Source of the DNA: Candidatus Zixiibacteriota bacterium
Lineage (GTDB): Bacteria > Zixibacteria > MSB-5A5 > UBA10806 > 4484-95
Assembly: GCA_029932605.1 (NCBI GenBank)
Contig: JAOZPT010000024.1
Coordinates: forward strand, 17,076-34,773
DNA length: 17,698 nt
Reading direction: 5' to 3'
In this document: positions 1-8,984 of the stretch, piece after piece
Layout: every line of letters starts with the position of its first letter
How positions within the stretch are numbered: the first letter of the stretch is position 1
Notes under the pieces: model-generated
Told to the model about the DNA's origin: nothing
The model's input: the letters and a program-made list of their open reading frames with translations, nothing else
The model's database searches: none
Position numbers and translations under genes: made by a program

Positions 1-530
1 GGCGATTACGCCTATGTGGCCGATGGCAGTTGGGGTCTGCAGATAATCGACATCAGCGATCCCGCCCAGCCTAATTGGGTCGGAGATTACGACACGCCGG
101 GTTCTGCTATGGGCGTTTTCGTCTCCGGCGATTACGCCTATGTGGCTGATTATTATTCTGATCTGAAGATAATCGACATCAGCGACCCCGCCCAGCCTAA
201 TTGGGTTGGATATTATGACACGCCGGGTCAGACTCGTGGCGTTTTCATCTCAGGCGATTACGCCTATGTGGCCGATGGCAGTTGGGGTCTGCAGATAATC
301 GACATCAGCGACCCCGCCCAGCCAAGTTGGGTCGGAGGTTATGACACGCCGGGTTATGCTTGGGGCGCTTTCGTCTCAGGCCATTACGCCTATGTGGCTG
401 ATAGGGATTCCGGTCTGCAGATAATCGACATCAGCGACCCCGCCGAACCGAGTTGGGTTGGAGGCTACGACACTCCGGGTTCTGCCCGTGGCGTTTTCGT
501 CTCCGGCGATTACGCCTATGTGGCTGATGA
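1..530 (+). repeat. Intragenic 126-bp tandem repeat (at least 4 full units plus a partial unit)
   Basis: GGCGATTACGCCTATGTGGC recurs at 1, 127, 253, 379 (GGCCATTAC variant) and 505. Bases 1-59 and 253-311 are identical. Confidence 0.95.
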
Positions 531-855
531 GTATTCATTAATTATTCTAAGGTTTGTTCAGACTCATGTTGACCAGCCAGATGACATACCCCATAGATTT
601 TCCCTCTCCCAGAACTACCCCAACCCATTTAACACCTCCACCACGATACAATACAATCTGCCTATAGCTTCTGATTTAACCATCGACATTTATGATATAC
701 TCGGCCGTAAGGTTGAAACGCTTGTTTCGCTAAAAAAACCAGCAGGTTCACACGCCATTATCTGGGATGCTAAGGATATACCATCCGGTATCTATTTCTA
801 TAAAATACAGGCCGGTAATTACTCGCAATCGAAAAAATGTGTTATTTTAAAGTAA
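1..855 (+). CDS. LVIVD-repeat (beta-propeller) protein with T9SS-type C-terminal sorting domain, 5'-truncated
   Basis: Frame 1 is open from base 1 (GDYAYVAD...), so the GTG at 16 is internal. It contains 42-aa repeats ([42 protein letters not shown]), then the [15 protein letters not shown]...IYDILGRKV...SGIYFYKI...KKCVILK. Stop TAA at 853-855. Confidence 0.92.
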   Translation, partial: GDYAYVADGSWGLQIIDISDPAQPNWVGDYDTPGSAMGVFVSGDYAYVADYYSDLKIIDISDPAQPNWVGYYDTPGQTRGVFISGDYAYVADGSWGLQIIDISDPAQPSWVGGYDTPGYAWGAFVSGHYAYVADRDSGLQIIDISDPAEPSWVGGYDTPGSARGVFVSGDYAYVADEYSLIILRFVQTHVDQPDDIPHRFSLSQNYPNPFNTSTTIQYNLPIASDLTIDIYDILGRKVETLVSLKKPAGSHAIIWDAKDIPSGIYFYKIQAGNYSQSKKCVILK

Positions 856-935
856 TAATTTAATAAGCTTTTTGGTAAGATGATTATCTTATTTTGTTAG
901 AGTTTTTCAGTATAAGGTTAAAAAAAATAGGAAAG

Positions 936-2582
936 ATGATGAAAGTAGTAATTTCAGCTTTGTTATTTGTGTTGTTAGTTGGCATAGGAGTTGGTGAGGA
1001 GTCTTTATCTATCGGGGTTGATGAAGACGGAAATAAATACCTTACCGACCGGTTTGTAATCATGATGAAACCCGGCACCGCTCCCCTTATTACCAACAGG
1101 GTTATTTCAGGCCGGGTTTATACCGGCAACGACCAGGTTGATATGCTTTGTGCTGAAAACGATATCATCAAAGTTGAACCGTACTATCCTGCCCGTGTGC
1201 GCGGTGAAAAACTTCGTGCGCTGGTCAGTAGACTTTATACTTTAACCATTGGTTCTGAAATCGATGCTATAGATGTATATGGTTATTTTTCAGTCAGCAA
1301 TGAAGTAGAATCATCCGGTCTGTGGAGGGTGCCAGAGCCATTTTATACACCTAATGATCCCGATATAGATCAGCAATGGCATCTTGCTCATATTCACGCT
1401 CTTGAGGCCTGGGATACTATACGTGGTGATACAACAAAGCATTCTATTATCGGTATTATAGATACAGGTATAAACTGGGATCATTTAGATTTAGCTCCCA
1501 ACATCTGGGTGAATGAACTCGAGGACTTAAATCATAACGGCACCATTGACCCAGAAGACCTTAATGGAATCGACGATGATAACAATGGCTTCGTAGATGA
1601 TGTTATCGGCTGGGATTTTACTGATAACGATAACTATCCTACAGAAGATCTTACTCATGGTTCGGGAGTTGCAGGTTGTGCTTCTGAGGCAACGGATAAT
1701 GGCATCTTGGGTGCCGGTATGGGATTTTCAACAAGGCTTATGTGTCTAAAGGCTATAAATTCACAAGGTCAGCTGATTGGTGGTTACCTGCCCATGATTT
1801 ATGCAGCTGACAACGGGGCACAGATCATAAATTGTTCCTGGGGAATACCGGTTTATAACCAGATTGAGCAGGACATAATCAATGCCGTCTGGGAGGAGGA
1901 TGTATTAATTATAGCGGCTGCAGGAGCAAATCAGAACCAACAGGAAATATTTCCGGCCGCTTATGAGCATGTTATGGCTGTGGCCGCCACAGACCAGAAC
2001 GACCATTTAGCTCCATTTTCATCGTATGGAACCTGGATAGATATCTGTGCTCCCGGTGTTGATATCTTAATGACCTGGGATGATGGTTTTGAAATTCTCT
2101 CCGGAACCTCGTTTTCCTCGCCCATTGTAGCCGGTTTAGCCGGACTGTTAAGGGCTTGGTATCCATATTACACTAATGATGAAACCCAGCAATTAATTGA
2201 AGATTCAGCCGACTCTATTGACCATCTCAATCCGGGCTATGAGGGTTTGCTTGGCGCTGGAAGGATAAACGCCTTAGCCTGCATCACCACCAATATAGAC
2301 GATCAACGATTAAAACCGATACAGTTTACGCTTTCCCAAAATTATCCTAACCCCTTTAACTCTTCTACTGTTATAAAATACAATATAACCATCAATGCCG
2401 ATGTGAAATTGGAGATATATGATCTCCTTGGCCGTAAGGTTGAAACGCTTATATCTGAAAACCAGCATGCAGGTATGCATACCGTCATCTGGGATGCCAG
2501 GGAAATTCCAACAGGTATATATTTCTATGAGATACAGGTTGGTAATTGTTTCCAATTTAAAAAGTGTCTGATTTTGCGGTAA
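936..2582 (+). CDS. Secreted subtilisin-like S8 serine peptidase with propeptide and T9SS-type CTD
   Basis: Signal peptide MMKVVISALLFVLLVGIGVG (ATG 936/939 preferred to TTG 894). Triad motifs IIDTG (D), THGSGVAG (H) and SGTSFSSP (S). Ca-binding-like insert [34 protein letters not shown]. Confidence 0.93.
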   Translation: MMKVVISALLFVLLVGIGVGEESLSIGVDEDGNKYLTDRFVIMMKPGTAPLITNRVISGRVYTGNDQVDMLCAENDIIKVEPYYPARVRGEKLRALVSRLYTLTIGSEIDAIDVYGYFSVSNEVESSGLWRVPEPFYTPNDPDIDQQWHLAHIHALEAWDTIRGDTTKHSIIGIIDTGINWDHLDLAPNIWVNELEDLNHNGTIDPEDLNGIDDDNNGFVDDVIGWDFTDNDNYPTEDLTHGSGVAGCASEATDNGILGAGMGFSTRLMCLKAINSQGQLIGGYLPMIYAADNGAQIINCSWGIPVYNQIEQDIINAVWEEDVLIIAAAGANQNQQEIFPAAYEHVMAVAATDQNDHLAPFSSYGTWIDICAPGVDILMTWDDGFEILSGTSFSSPIVAGLAGLLRAWYPYYTNDETQQLIEDSADSIDHLNPGYEGLLGAGRINALACITTNIDDQRLKPIQFTLSQNYPNPFNSSTVIKYNITINADVKLEIYDLLGRKVETLISENQHAGMHTVIWDAREIPTGIYFYEIQVGNCFQFKKCLILR

Positions 2583-2619
2583 TTATTACTCGGTATTTTT
2601 AATATAGCAAGATGGGGCG

Positions 2620-2648
2620 GTGTTGGGAATCCATTTCCAACACTTTTT
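2620..2648 (+). terminator. Probable intrinsic terminator after the S8 gene
   Basis: Stem-loop GTGTTGGGAA-tcca-TTTCCAACAC (one G-U pair) followed by TTTTT, about 37 nt after the stop codon. Confidence 0.7.
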
Positions 2649-2651
2649 GCA

Positions 2652-2673
2652 TGGCAGGAAGGTGTTCCTGCCA
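2652..2673. repeat. Perfect 9-bp inverted repeat (second hairpin)
   Basis: TGGCAGGAA-ggtg-TTCCTGCCA, immediately after the first hairpin. A T-run follows at about 2684-2689. Confidence 0.7.
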
Positions 2674-2841
2674 ACGCAGGACCTTTTTTGAAGCAATATT
2701 AGGTTTCATATCACCAATGCAAATTTCTTCCACATTTTTTAAAAAATATGAAAGGGTTTGCGCAGGTTTATTAACTGGATAGATGTTTAATATTCTCCAA
2801 CGAAATCAGGTTTCATAAAGAGTATCGGCAAGTTGTCGCAC

Positions 2842-2855
2842 ATGTTATATAACAT
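2842..2855. promoter_or_regulatory. Perfect 14-bp palindrome, candidate transcription-factor operator
   Basis: ATGTTATATAACAT equals its own reverse complement. It lies in the 410-nt intergenic region upstream of the RNase H-like gene. Confidence 0.4.
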
Positions 2856-2993
2856 TTTGATACTCGGGTGCTTACATTACTACAAGATTTTTTATTTACT
2901 TGCTTAATTGATAGATTTCCGGCTACATCAAAGGCATATCTTTTGCTCAAAGGATAATTATGATTGACATGAGCAGAAAAGGAGGCGGCTTAT

Positions 2994-3371
2994 ATGAAAT
3001 GTTATTTTCAGGGTGTTACCCGAGAGGAGAATAACGAAGTTAAATTCAATGGCTATGTCAGTTTTACAATTCCTGAAATGGGTATAAAATTCAGGGGTCA
3101 GTTTAAGGGTTCATCAGATGAGTGCGAATATGCAAGCCTTTTAGCCCTTCTGGAGTTTATCGAGCTCAACGCCCATCTTTTCAAAGATAGAAGGATAGAG
3201 ATATTTGGCAACAACTTCAAGGTTGTCAGCCAGGTTAATTCAGAGATGTCACCAACACACGAACTCGAACCTTTCTGTGCTATGGCCCAGGGTTATAAAA
3301 AGAAAATTCCATATACACTGAACTGGATACCCACCGATGAAAATATGGCCCAGGACGGCGTAGATATATAA
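2994..3371 (+). CDS. RNase HI-fold protein, probably catalytically degenerate
   Basis: Strong SD AAGGAGG upstream. The motif order matches type-1 RNase H: YFQG (cf. YxDG), SSDECEYASLLALLE (cf. TNNEAEYxALIxGLE), IEIFGNNFKVVSQVN (cf. vxGDSxLVxxQvxG), NWIPTDENMAQD (cf. WIPRExNxxAD). Confidence 0.75.
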   Translation: MKCYFQGVTREENNEVKFNGYVSFTIPEMGIKFRGQFKGSSDECEYASLLALLEFIELNAHLFKDRRIEIFGNNFKVVSQVNSEMSPTHELEPFCAMAQGYKKKIPYTLNWIPTDENMAQDGVDI

Positions 3372-3406
3372 ATGTTTTTCGTTGTTTGTCTATATAGTCC
3401 TTTTAA

Positions 3407-3440
3407 GGGCTGAAATACCTTAGCCCCCCTAATTTTTGTT
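3407..3440 (+). terminator. Possible weak terminator hairpin
   Basis: GGGCTGA-aatacc-TTAGCCC, with a T-rich tract a few nt downstream. Confidence 0.35.
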
Positions 3441-3445
3441 AGTGG

Positions 3446-3473
3446 TTGACTTTAATTGTAAGTATATTATATT
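3446..3473 (+). promoter_or_regulatory. Sigma70-type promoter candidate for the M14/M1 peptidase pair
   Basis: TTGACT (3446-3451), 16-nt spacer, TATATT (3468-3473). Confidence 0.5.
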
Positions 3474-3566
3474 GAAATAGATTTGTATAAAATCAATCGG
3501 GGAGAGAAAGAGACTTTATAATAATTTATAGTTTTGTTTTTTGTTAATTTTAAAAAGGAGTCGTTG

Positions 3567-5837
3567 ATGTTTTCAAGGTTAATGTTAGCTTCAGTAATGC
3601 TATTAACTATCGTTCTTGTCCTCCCGGCAATGCCCTCTGAGAATCCGATGCTGGTGAGGATTGATTTAGTTGATAAAACAGATATATCCCGTTTAAGCCA
3701 GCTTCATTTTGATATACCATATGTGACTGAAAATTTTGCTGAAGCGGTTGTATATCCCGAGGACTTGGCCAAGCTCGACAAAGCCGGTTTACATTATCAG
3801 ATTGTCCATGAGGATCTGGTAAGCTTTTACCAAAGCCGCAACCCGATGAATTTAACTATGGGTGGGTTTCTGACTTTTCCGGAGATTCTCGATACTATTG
3901 ATGTCCTTCATGCAAACTTTCCTGATTTAGTCTCTGCCCGTGATTCCATAGGTGGCACCTGGGAGGGTAGAGGTTTATGGGTTTTTAAAATCTCGGATAA
4001 TGTCGATATCGATGAGGATGAGCCTGAGATTTTTTACAATTCTTTAATCCACGCCCGCGAGCCGGCCAGCTGGTCCTGGCAACTTCATTATATAAACTGG
4101 CTTTTGGAGAATTACGGTTCTGACTCTGTGGCTACCAACATAATCGATAACCGGGAATTATATTTCCTTCCCGTTTTCAATCCTGACGGTTATGAATATA
4201 ACCGTCAAACCAACCCCAACGGCGGTGGTATGTGGAGGAAGAACAGACGACCGTCACCTGCCGGTGTCGATTTGAACCGTAACTGGGGTTATATGTGGGG
4301 CTATGATAACAGCGGCTCATCGCCTTATCCGAACGATGAGACATATCGTGGCCCATCGGCTTTTTCTGAACCGGAGACCCAGGCGGTTAGAGATTTCATT
4401 ATCTCCAGAGATTTTCAGTTTATAGTAAATGCACACACATACGGTGATTATTTTCTATATTCCTGGGGTTATGATGATATTTATACTCCCGACCATCCCA
4501 TCTTTCTGGCTCTGGGTGATTCAGCCAATGCATTAACAGGTTATATTTACGGCACTCCCTGGGAGATTTTATACAATACTAATGGTGATGCCAATGACTG
4601 GCAGTATGGCGAGCAGATTGATAAGCCACTTATCTTTTGCACCGTTACAGAGTCAGGTAACCAATATGATGGTTTTTGGCCGTCGCTTAATCGTATTCCC
4701 CAGATAAACGCCCAGATGTTGCCGTTGGCTATATTCATGTCGCAAGTCGCCGGTAACATCAGATCACTTGCAGCGCCTTTACCGCCGGTATTAGACCCGA
4801 TTGGAGATATCGATACCGATACTTTTACAGTTAGCTGGAGCCACGAGGATGAGTATAATCCCGCGGTTGCCTTTGAACTTGTGGAGAAAACCGGTTACTC
4901 CAGAGTCACCGATGATTTTGAAAGTGGTGATGATAACTGGCTTCTCAATGGTTTTTACCTTCGCACCAACCGTTATCATTCGGCAAACCACAGCCTTTTT
5001 TCGGGCAGTCAGAACAATTACCACGGCAGTGCTATTTTGGCAGAAGCATTTACGGTTCAGGATGGCGATACATTGTTCTTTTACACCTGGTATGACATTG
5101 AAAGTGACTGGGATTATGCCTATGTGGAGCTTTCTACAGATGGTGGGCAAACATTTTTCACTATTGAGGGAAATATCACCACCAATTATGACCCCCACGG
5201 CAATAATCGTGGTAACGGTATAACCGGTTCATCAAATGGCTGGGTAGAGGCGATATTTCCTTTAGATGATTACGTTGATTCGGTGGTGATATTGAAGATT
5301 TCCTATAACACTGACAGCTATGTACTCGAGGAGGGCATGTATGTTGATGATATGTACCCTGTCAGCTTTTTTGAGCAAACACTTGTTATTTCATCTGACA
5401 TAACCGACAATTTTTACCTTATAGAGGGGCGTGAAAACGGGACTTATTATTATCAGGTTAAAGCCCGTGATGCTGAAGATCAGTGGTCAGTTTTTTCAAA
5501 TAGAGAGGTAGCCAATGTGGAGGTAGAGGTGCCGGTGAGAGAAATCCCGGGGATACCTACAGATTTCTCCTTAAAACAGAATTACCCGAACCCGTTCAAT
5601 TCACAAACCGAGATTTCCTTTTCGCTTGCCTCACCCGGATTTGTTGAACTTGAGATCTATGATATAACCGGCAAACGTGTATGCACTCTTATTAAAGCCG
5701 TAAAGAAAGCCGGTAACTATCAGGTGGTCTGGAATGGTTGTAACGACCGGGGGGATGATGTAACCAGCGGGATTTATCTTTATAAATTATGCTCATATGG
5801 TAAGTCGTTAACAAGGAAAATGATACTTATAAGATAA
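3567..5837 (+). CDS. Secreted M14 zinc carboxypeptidase (carboxypeptidase T-like) with FN3 and jelly-roll domains and T9SS-type CTD
   Basis: SD AAGGAG before ATG 3567 and a signal peptide. Motifs HARE (Zn His/Glu), WRKNRR, GVDLNRNW, NAHTY (Zn His) and TESG (catalytic Glu). DIESDWDYAYVELSTDGG is an immune-inhibitor-A/MAM-like domain. [15 protein letters not shown]. Confidence 0.93.
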   Translation: MFSRLMLASVMLLTIVLVLPAMPSENPMLVRIDLVDKTDISRLSQLHFDIPYVTENFAEAVVYPEDLAKLDKAGLHYQIVHEDLVSFYQSRNPMNLTMGGFLTFPEILDTIDVLHANFPDLVSARDSIGGTWEGRGLWVFKISDNVDIDEDEPEIFYNSLIHAREPASWSWQLHYINWLLENYGSDSVATNIIDNRELYFLPVFNPDGYEYNRQTNPNGGGMWRKNRRPSPAGVDLNRNWGYMWGYDNSGSSPYPNDETYRGPSAFSEPETQAVRDFIISRDFQFIVNAHTYGDYFLYSWGYDDIYTPDHPIFLALGDSANALTGYIYGTPWEILYNTNGDANDWQYGEQIDKPLIFCTVTESGNQYDGFWPSLNRIPQINAQMLPLAIFMSQVAGNIRSLAAPLPPVLDPIGDIDTDTFTVSWSHEDEYNPAVAFELVEKTGYSRVTDDFESGDDNWLLNGFYLRTNRYHSANHSLFSGSQNNYHGSAILAEAFTVQDGDTLFFYTWYDIESDWDYAYVELSTDGGQTFFTIEGNITTNYDPHGNNRGNGITGSSNGWVEAIFPLDDYVDSVVILKISYNTDSYVLEEGMYVDDMYPVSFFEQTLVISSDITDNFYLIEGRENGTYYYQVKARDAEDQWSVFSNREVANVEVEVPVREIPGIPTDFSLKQNYPNPFNSQTEISFSLASPGFVELEIYDITGKRVCTLIKAVKKAGNYQVVWNGCNDRGDDVTSGIYLYKLCSYGKSLTRKMILIR

Positions 5838-5865
5838 AAAACGAACTTGCTGTTTGGGAGGTTTT

Positions 5866-7845
5866 ATGAATAGGTTGGCAATAACGTTGGTTGTGCTTAT
5901 GGGGGTGATGTTTGTCTATGCTACACCGCCCTATAAGGGAAATTACGACCTTTTGCGTAATAAAGAACCGTTGAAAAATAACTTTGCTAATGAAGGTTTA
6001 GCCTTGTTTGACTCAACTCATACCTATGATGTCAGCCACTATACCATAAGGCTTGACTTGGATGAGGAGAATAACACCATTGATGTCGGTCACATCACTA
6101 TTGAAGGGACAGCTGTGGTCGATATCGATACTCTCGAAATTCACTTTATCGGTATGACTGTTGACTCAGTGAAAATTGACGGTGAATCTACCACTTTTCA
6201 AAGACATACCGGCAGGCTTTGGGTTTATACTCCCTCTCTGGAGGGGGGGCAATCTTTTTATGCCGATGTGTATTACCACGGTCATCCGCTGACTGGCATG
6301 TTTTTTACCTATACGCGTTATGGTGAAGACCACACATATACTTCCGTAGAACCTTCCAATGCCAGGTACTGGTTTCCCTGTTATGATGAACCCTGGGATA
6401 AAGCTACCAGTGAACTATATTGCACTGTAGGACCTGATAGATATGTGGTCTCTAATGGCAAACTTATAGAGATAATCGATGAAGGTGATGATAGATACAC
6501 ATTCCACTGGCAGGAGGTTTATCCTATTGCTACATACCTTATTTCGATAAGCGTTGCTCGTTATACTATCATTACGGATTATGCCTATGTAGGTGATGAT
6601 ACTTTGCCAGTGATTTATTATTGTTACCCCCAGGATTCAGCCTGGTGTGCTTATGATTTTGGCAATACCCCGGATATGATAGAGTTTTATTCTGATATTG
6701 TTGTTCCCTATGGTTTCATATCGGAAAAATATGGTCAGGCCCAGGCGGCTATTTTTAACGGTTGGGGAGCAATGGAGCATCAGACAGCAACCACTTTCGG
6801 GCATAATCTTATTGATGGTAACAGAAGTTTTGAATGGATCGTCGCCCATGAACTTTCCCATATGTGGTTTGGGGACTTGGTAACGCTTGCCGACTGGCGG
6901 CATATCTGGCTTAACGAGGGGTTTGCAGTATATTTTGATGCCTTATATACAGAGTATAAATACGGCTATGAGGCGTTTCAAAACCGGTTGGTACAATTTG
7001 CCCAGTCATACTTTAATGAAGACAACTATATTCGTTACCCGATTTTCGACCCGCCTCCTGGATACCTGTTTGGAACGGTAGAATACGAAAAAGCGGCGTT
7101 GGTTTTGCACATGCTCCGCCGACTGCTTGGTGACGATGATTTCTTTTCCGCAATCGTCGATTATGTCAATGAGTTTTCCTATAGCAATGCAAGCACCGAT
7201 GAGCTTCAAGAACACTTTGAAAACTATTACGGTGACCTCGATTGGTTTTTTGAACAATGGATTTATCAGGCTGGTCATCCTGAATATCTCTGGACATGGT
7301 ATGCTGTTCCTGATAGTGAACATTTTGCCCTTAATATAACGATCTCTCAAGTTCAGGATAACGCTCCAATATTCACCATGCCAATTACCTTCGAGGTTGA
7401 GTTTCCGGGGCATGATACTACATTTGTTCTGTGGAATTTTCAGCAGACTCAATCATACACGTTTTATTTTGACGATGAGCCTGTCCAGGTCTATTTTGAC
7501 CCCCAAAATGACCTTCTAAAAGAAGTGGAGTTCTATGTTGGTGTCGATTCGGAGGAGATTTTACCGGCATCATTTTCGCTTTATCAAAATTATCCTAATC
7601 CTTTTAATTCCTCAACTGATTTTAAATTTGTTTTAGATGGAAAGGGTTTAGCTGAGCTTGAGATATATGATATCACTGGCAGGCTGGTTAAGACTCTCTT
7701 TTCGGGTGTGGTTAAGGCTGGTATTTACAATATCACCTGGGATGGAACCGACAATGATGATAATCATGTCTCTTCGGGGACGTACATTTACCGATTGCGG
7801 ACAAATTATAACTCGGTTGCCAGGAAGATGAGCCTGATAAAGTAG
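5866..7845 (+). CDS. Secreted M1 family zinc aminopeptidase with T9SS-type CTD
   Basis: SD GGGAGG before ATG 5866 and a signal peptide. Motifs ARYWFPC, GAMEH, HELSH...WLNEGFA (HEXXH-X18-E) and [27 protein letters not shown]. Confidence 0.94.
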   Translation: MNRLAITLVVLMGVMFVYATPPYKGNYDLLRNKEPLKNNFANEGLALFDSTHTYDVSHYTIRLDLDEENNTIDVGHITIEGTAVVDIDTLEIHFIGMTVDSVKIDGESTTFQRHTGRLWVYTPSLEGGQSFYADVYYHGHPLTGMFFTYTRYGEDHTYTSVEPSNARYWFPCYDEPWDKATSELYCTVGPDRYVVSNGKLIEIIDEGDDRYTFHWQEVYPIATYLISISVARYTIITDYAYVGDDTLPVIYYCYPQDSAWCAYDFGNTPDMIEFYSDIVVPYGFISEKYGQAQAAIFNGWGAMEHQTATTFGHNLIDGNRSFEWIVAHELSHMWFGDLVTLADWRHIWLNEGFAVYFDALYTEYKYGYEAFQNRLVQFAQSYFNEDNYIRYPIFDPPPGYLFGTVEYEKAALVLHMLRRLLGDDDFFSAIVDYVNEFSYSNASTDELQEHFENYYGDLDWFFEQWIYQAGHPEYLWTWYAVPDSEHFALNITISQVQDNAPIFTMPITFEVEFPGHDTTFVLWNFQQTQSYTFYFDDEPVQVYFDPQNDLLKEVEFYVGVDSEEILPASFSLYQNYPNPFNSSTDFKFVLDGKGLAELEIYDITGRLVKTLFSGVVKAGIYNITWDGTDNDDNHVSSGTYIYRLRTNYNSVARKMSLIK

Positions 7846-7976
7846 TTTTATATAACCTGATCAGGCAATTTATATGGTTTTTTGAGGTTTAACAGAGAAA
7901 AATAAAACGTGGTTATCGAATTAACTTAACCGCATCTTAATTTGGAATATTTCATTTTTATAAGTTTTTGGGAAAA

Positions 7977-8951
7977 ATGGGGTTGATAGCAAAAATAAAG
8001 AGGTATTACCTGTTTTTTGGGCCAGAAGAATATCTTAAGACCAAAAGAATCAAATCCTTGATAAGCGCTGTGGTTGAAAAAGGGTATGAGGACTTTGACT
8101 GTAATTATTTTGAGGGGCGTGGCCTTGATGCAACCGTTTTAGTAAACGCTGCCTCATCACCACCATCGGGGTCTCCTTTGCGTGTTGTCGTGTTGCGTAA
8201 TCTCGATAAAGTATCACCGAGAGGGTTAAATTTAATTGAAAGATTTATCGATTCAATCCCCGATTATACAACATTGATAATGACCTCTGAGAAAATAGAT
8301 AGACGGAAGAAGATTTTTAAAACTCTTTACAAGGATGAAAAAGCCTGCGTTAGATTTAACCTGCCTACACCAAGAAAAGCGGTTGAGTTTATCGCTGAAT
8401 CTGCTAAACAGCTTAATATTAGCATTGAACCGGAGGCGATCAATTACCTGGTGGAGACTATAGGTCCTGATGTTGGCAGGTTGGACCAGGAATTAACTAA
8501 GCTGGCGTTGTATGTTGGTCCTAAGGCGACTATACGAAAAGATGATGTTGCTTTGTTATGCGGAGCTGGTAGTATCGGTACGGTTTTTGACCTCCCCCAA
8601 AAAATCGTGTCCGGAGATGCCAAAGGTTCTTTGGTTCTCTTAAACAGCTTATTATCAGCCAAGCAGTCTGAGGGCAGGATACTTTTTCGAATCAAGGATT
8701 ATTTTCTTAAGTTAAATACCGTTAAAGCATTAGATATGTCTGCATGGGTATTAAGAAAGAAATACGGTATGCTTGAAAAAACTGCTGTGAATATATGCCA
8801 GACAGCTAAGAGACTTTCAGAGATATGTATAATCAATTGCCTTCACCATACATATCAATGCGAGATAAGTTTAAAATCTGCCGGTTTAAAAAAGGATATA
8901 GTCCTGTTTGACCTTATTTCCAGGCTTGTGCTGGAGGTTAAAGAGGAATAA
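7977..8951 (+). CDS. holA: DNA polymerase III delta subunit
   Basis: N-terminal YLFFGPEEYL, FDCNYFEG, RVVVLRNLD, EKIDRRKK, QELTKLALY, helical C-terminal clamp-loader domain, about 325 aa. Start ATG 7977 or TTG 7968. Confidence 0.88.
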   Translation: MGLIAKIKRYYLFFGPEEYLKTKRIKSLISAVVEKGYEDFDCNYFEGRGLDATVLVNAASSPPSGSPLRVVVLRNLDKVSPRGLNLIERFIDSIPDYTTLIMTSEKIDRRKKIFKTLYKDEKACVRFNLPTPRKAVEFIAESAKQLNISIEPEAINYLVETIGPDVGRLDQELTKLALYVGPKATIRKDDVALLCGAGSIGTVFDLPQKIVSGDAKGSLVLLNSLLSAKQSEGRILFRIKDYFLKLNTVKALDMSAWVLRKKYGMLEKTAVNICQTAKRLSEICIINCLHHTYQCEISLKSAGLKKDIVLFDLISRLVLEVKEE

Positions 8952-8984
8952 ATTTAACATTTAACTGTATTATTTATAGGGCAG

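Noticed and set aside
1..530. 126-bp repeats as a CRISPR array or a diversity-generating retroelement target
   Set aside because: The repeats are in-frame coding units without unique spacers. The variable codons (ATG, CAG, TGG, AGG) do not fit the NNY pattern typical of adenine mutagenesis of AAY codons. No reverse transcriptase, template repeat or cas gene is in the window.
7856..7865. 10-bp palindrome CCTGATCAGG after the M1 gene
   Set aside because: It has no loop or adjacent U-tract, and a palindrome this short is expected by chance in 17 kb.
7888..7911. TTTAAC...CGTG as an autoregulatory ECF promoter upstream of holA and the sigma gene
   Set aside because: The AAC-to-CGT spacer is 14 nt, not the usual 16-17.
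8952..8980. ATTTAACATTT resembling a XerD arm (dif site); similar TAACATAA at about 16173
   Set aside because: No credible XerC arm lies at the 6-bp spacing, and such matches are expected by chance in AT-rich DNA.
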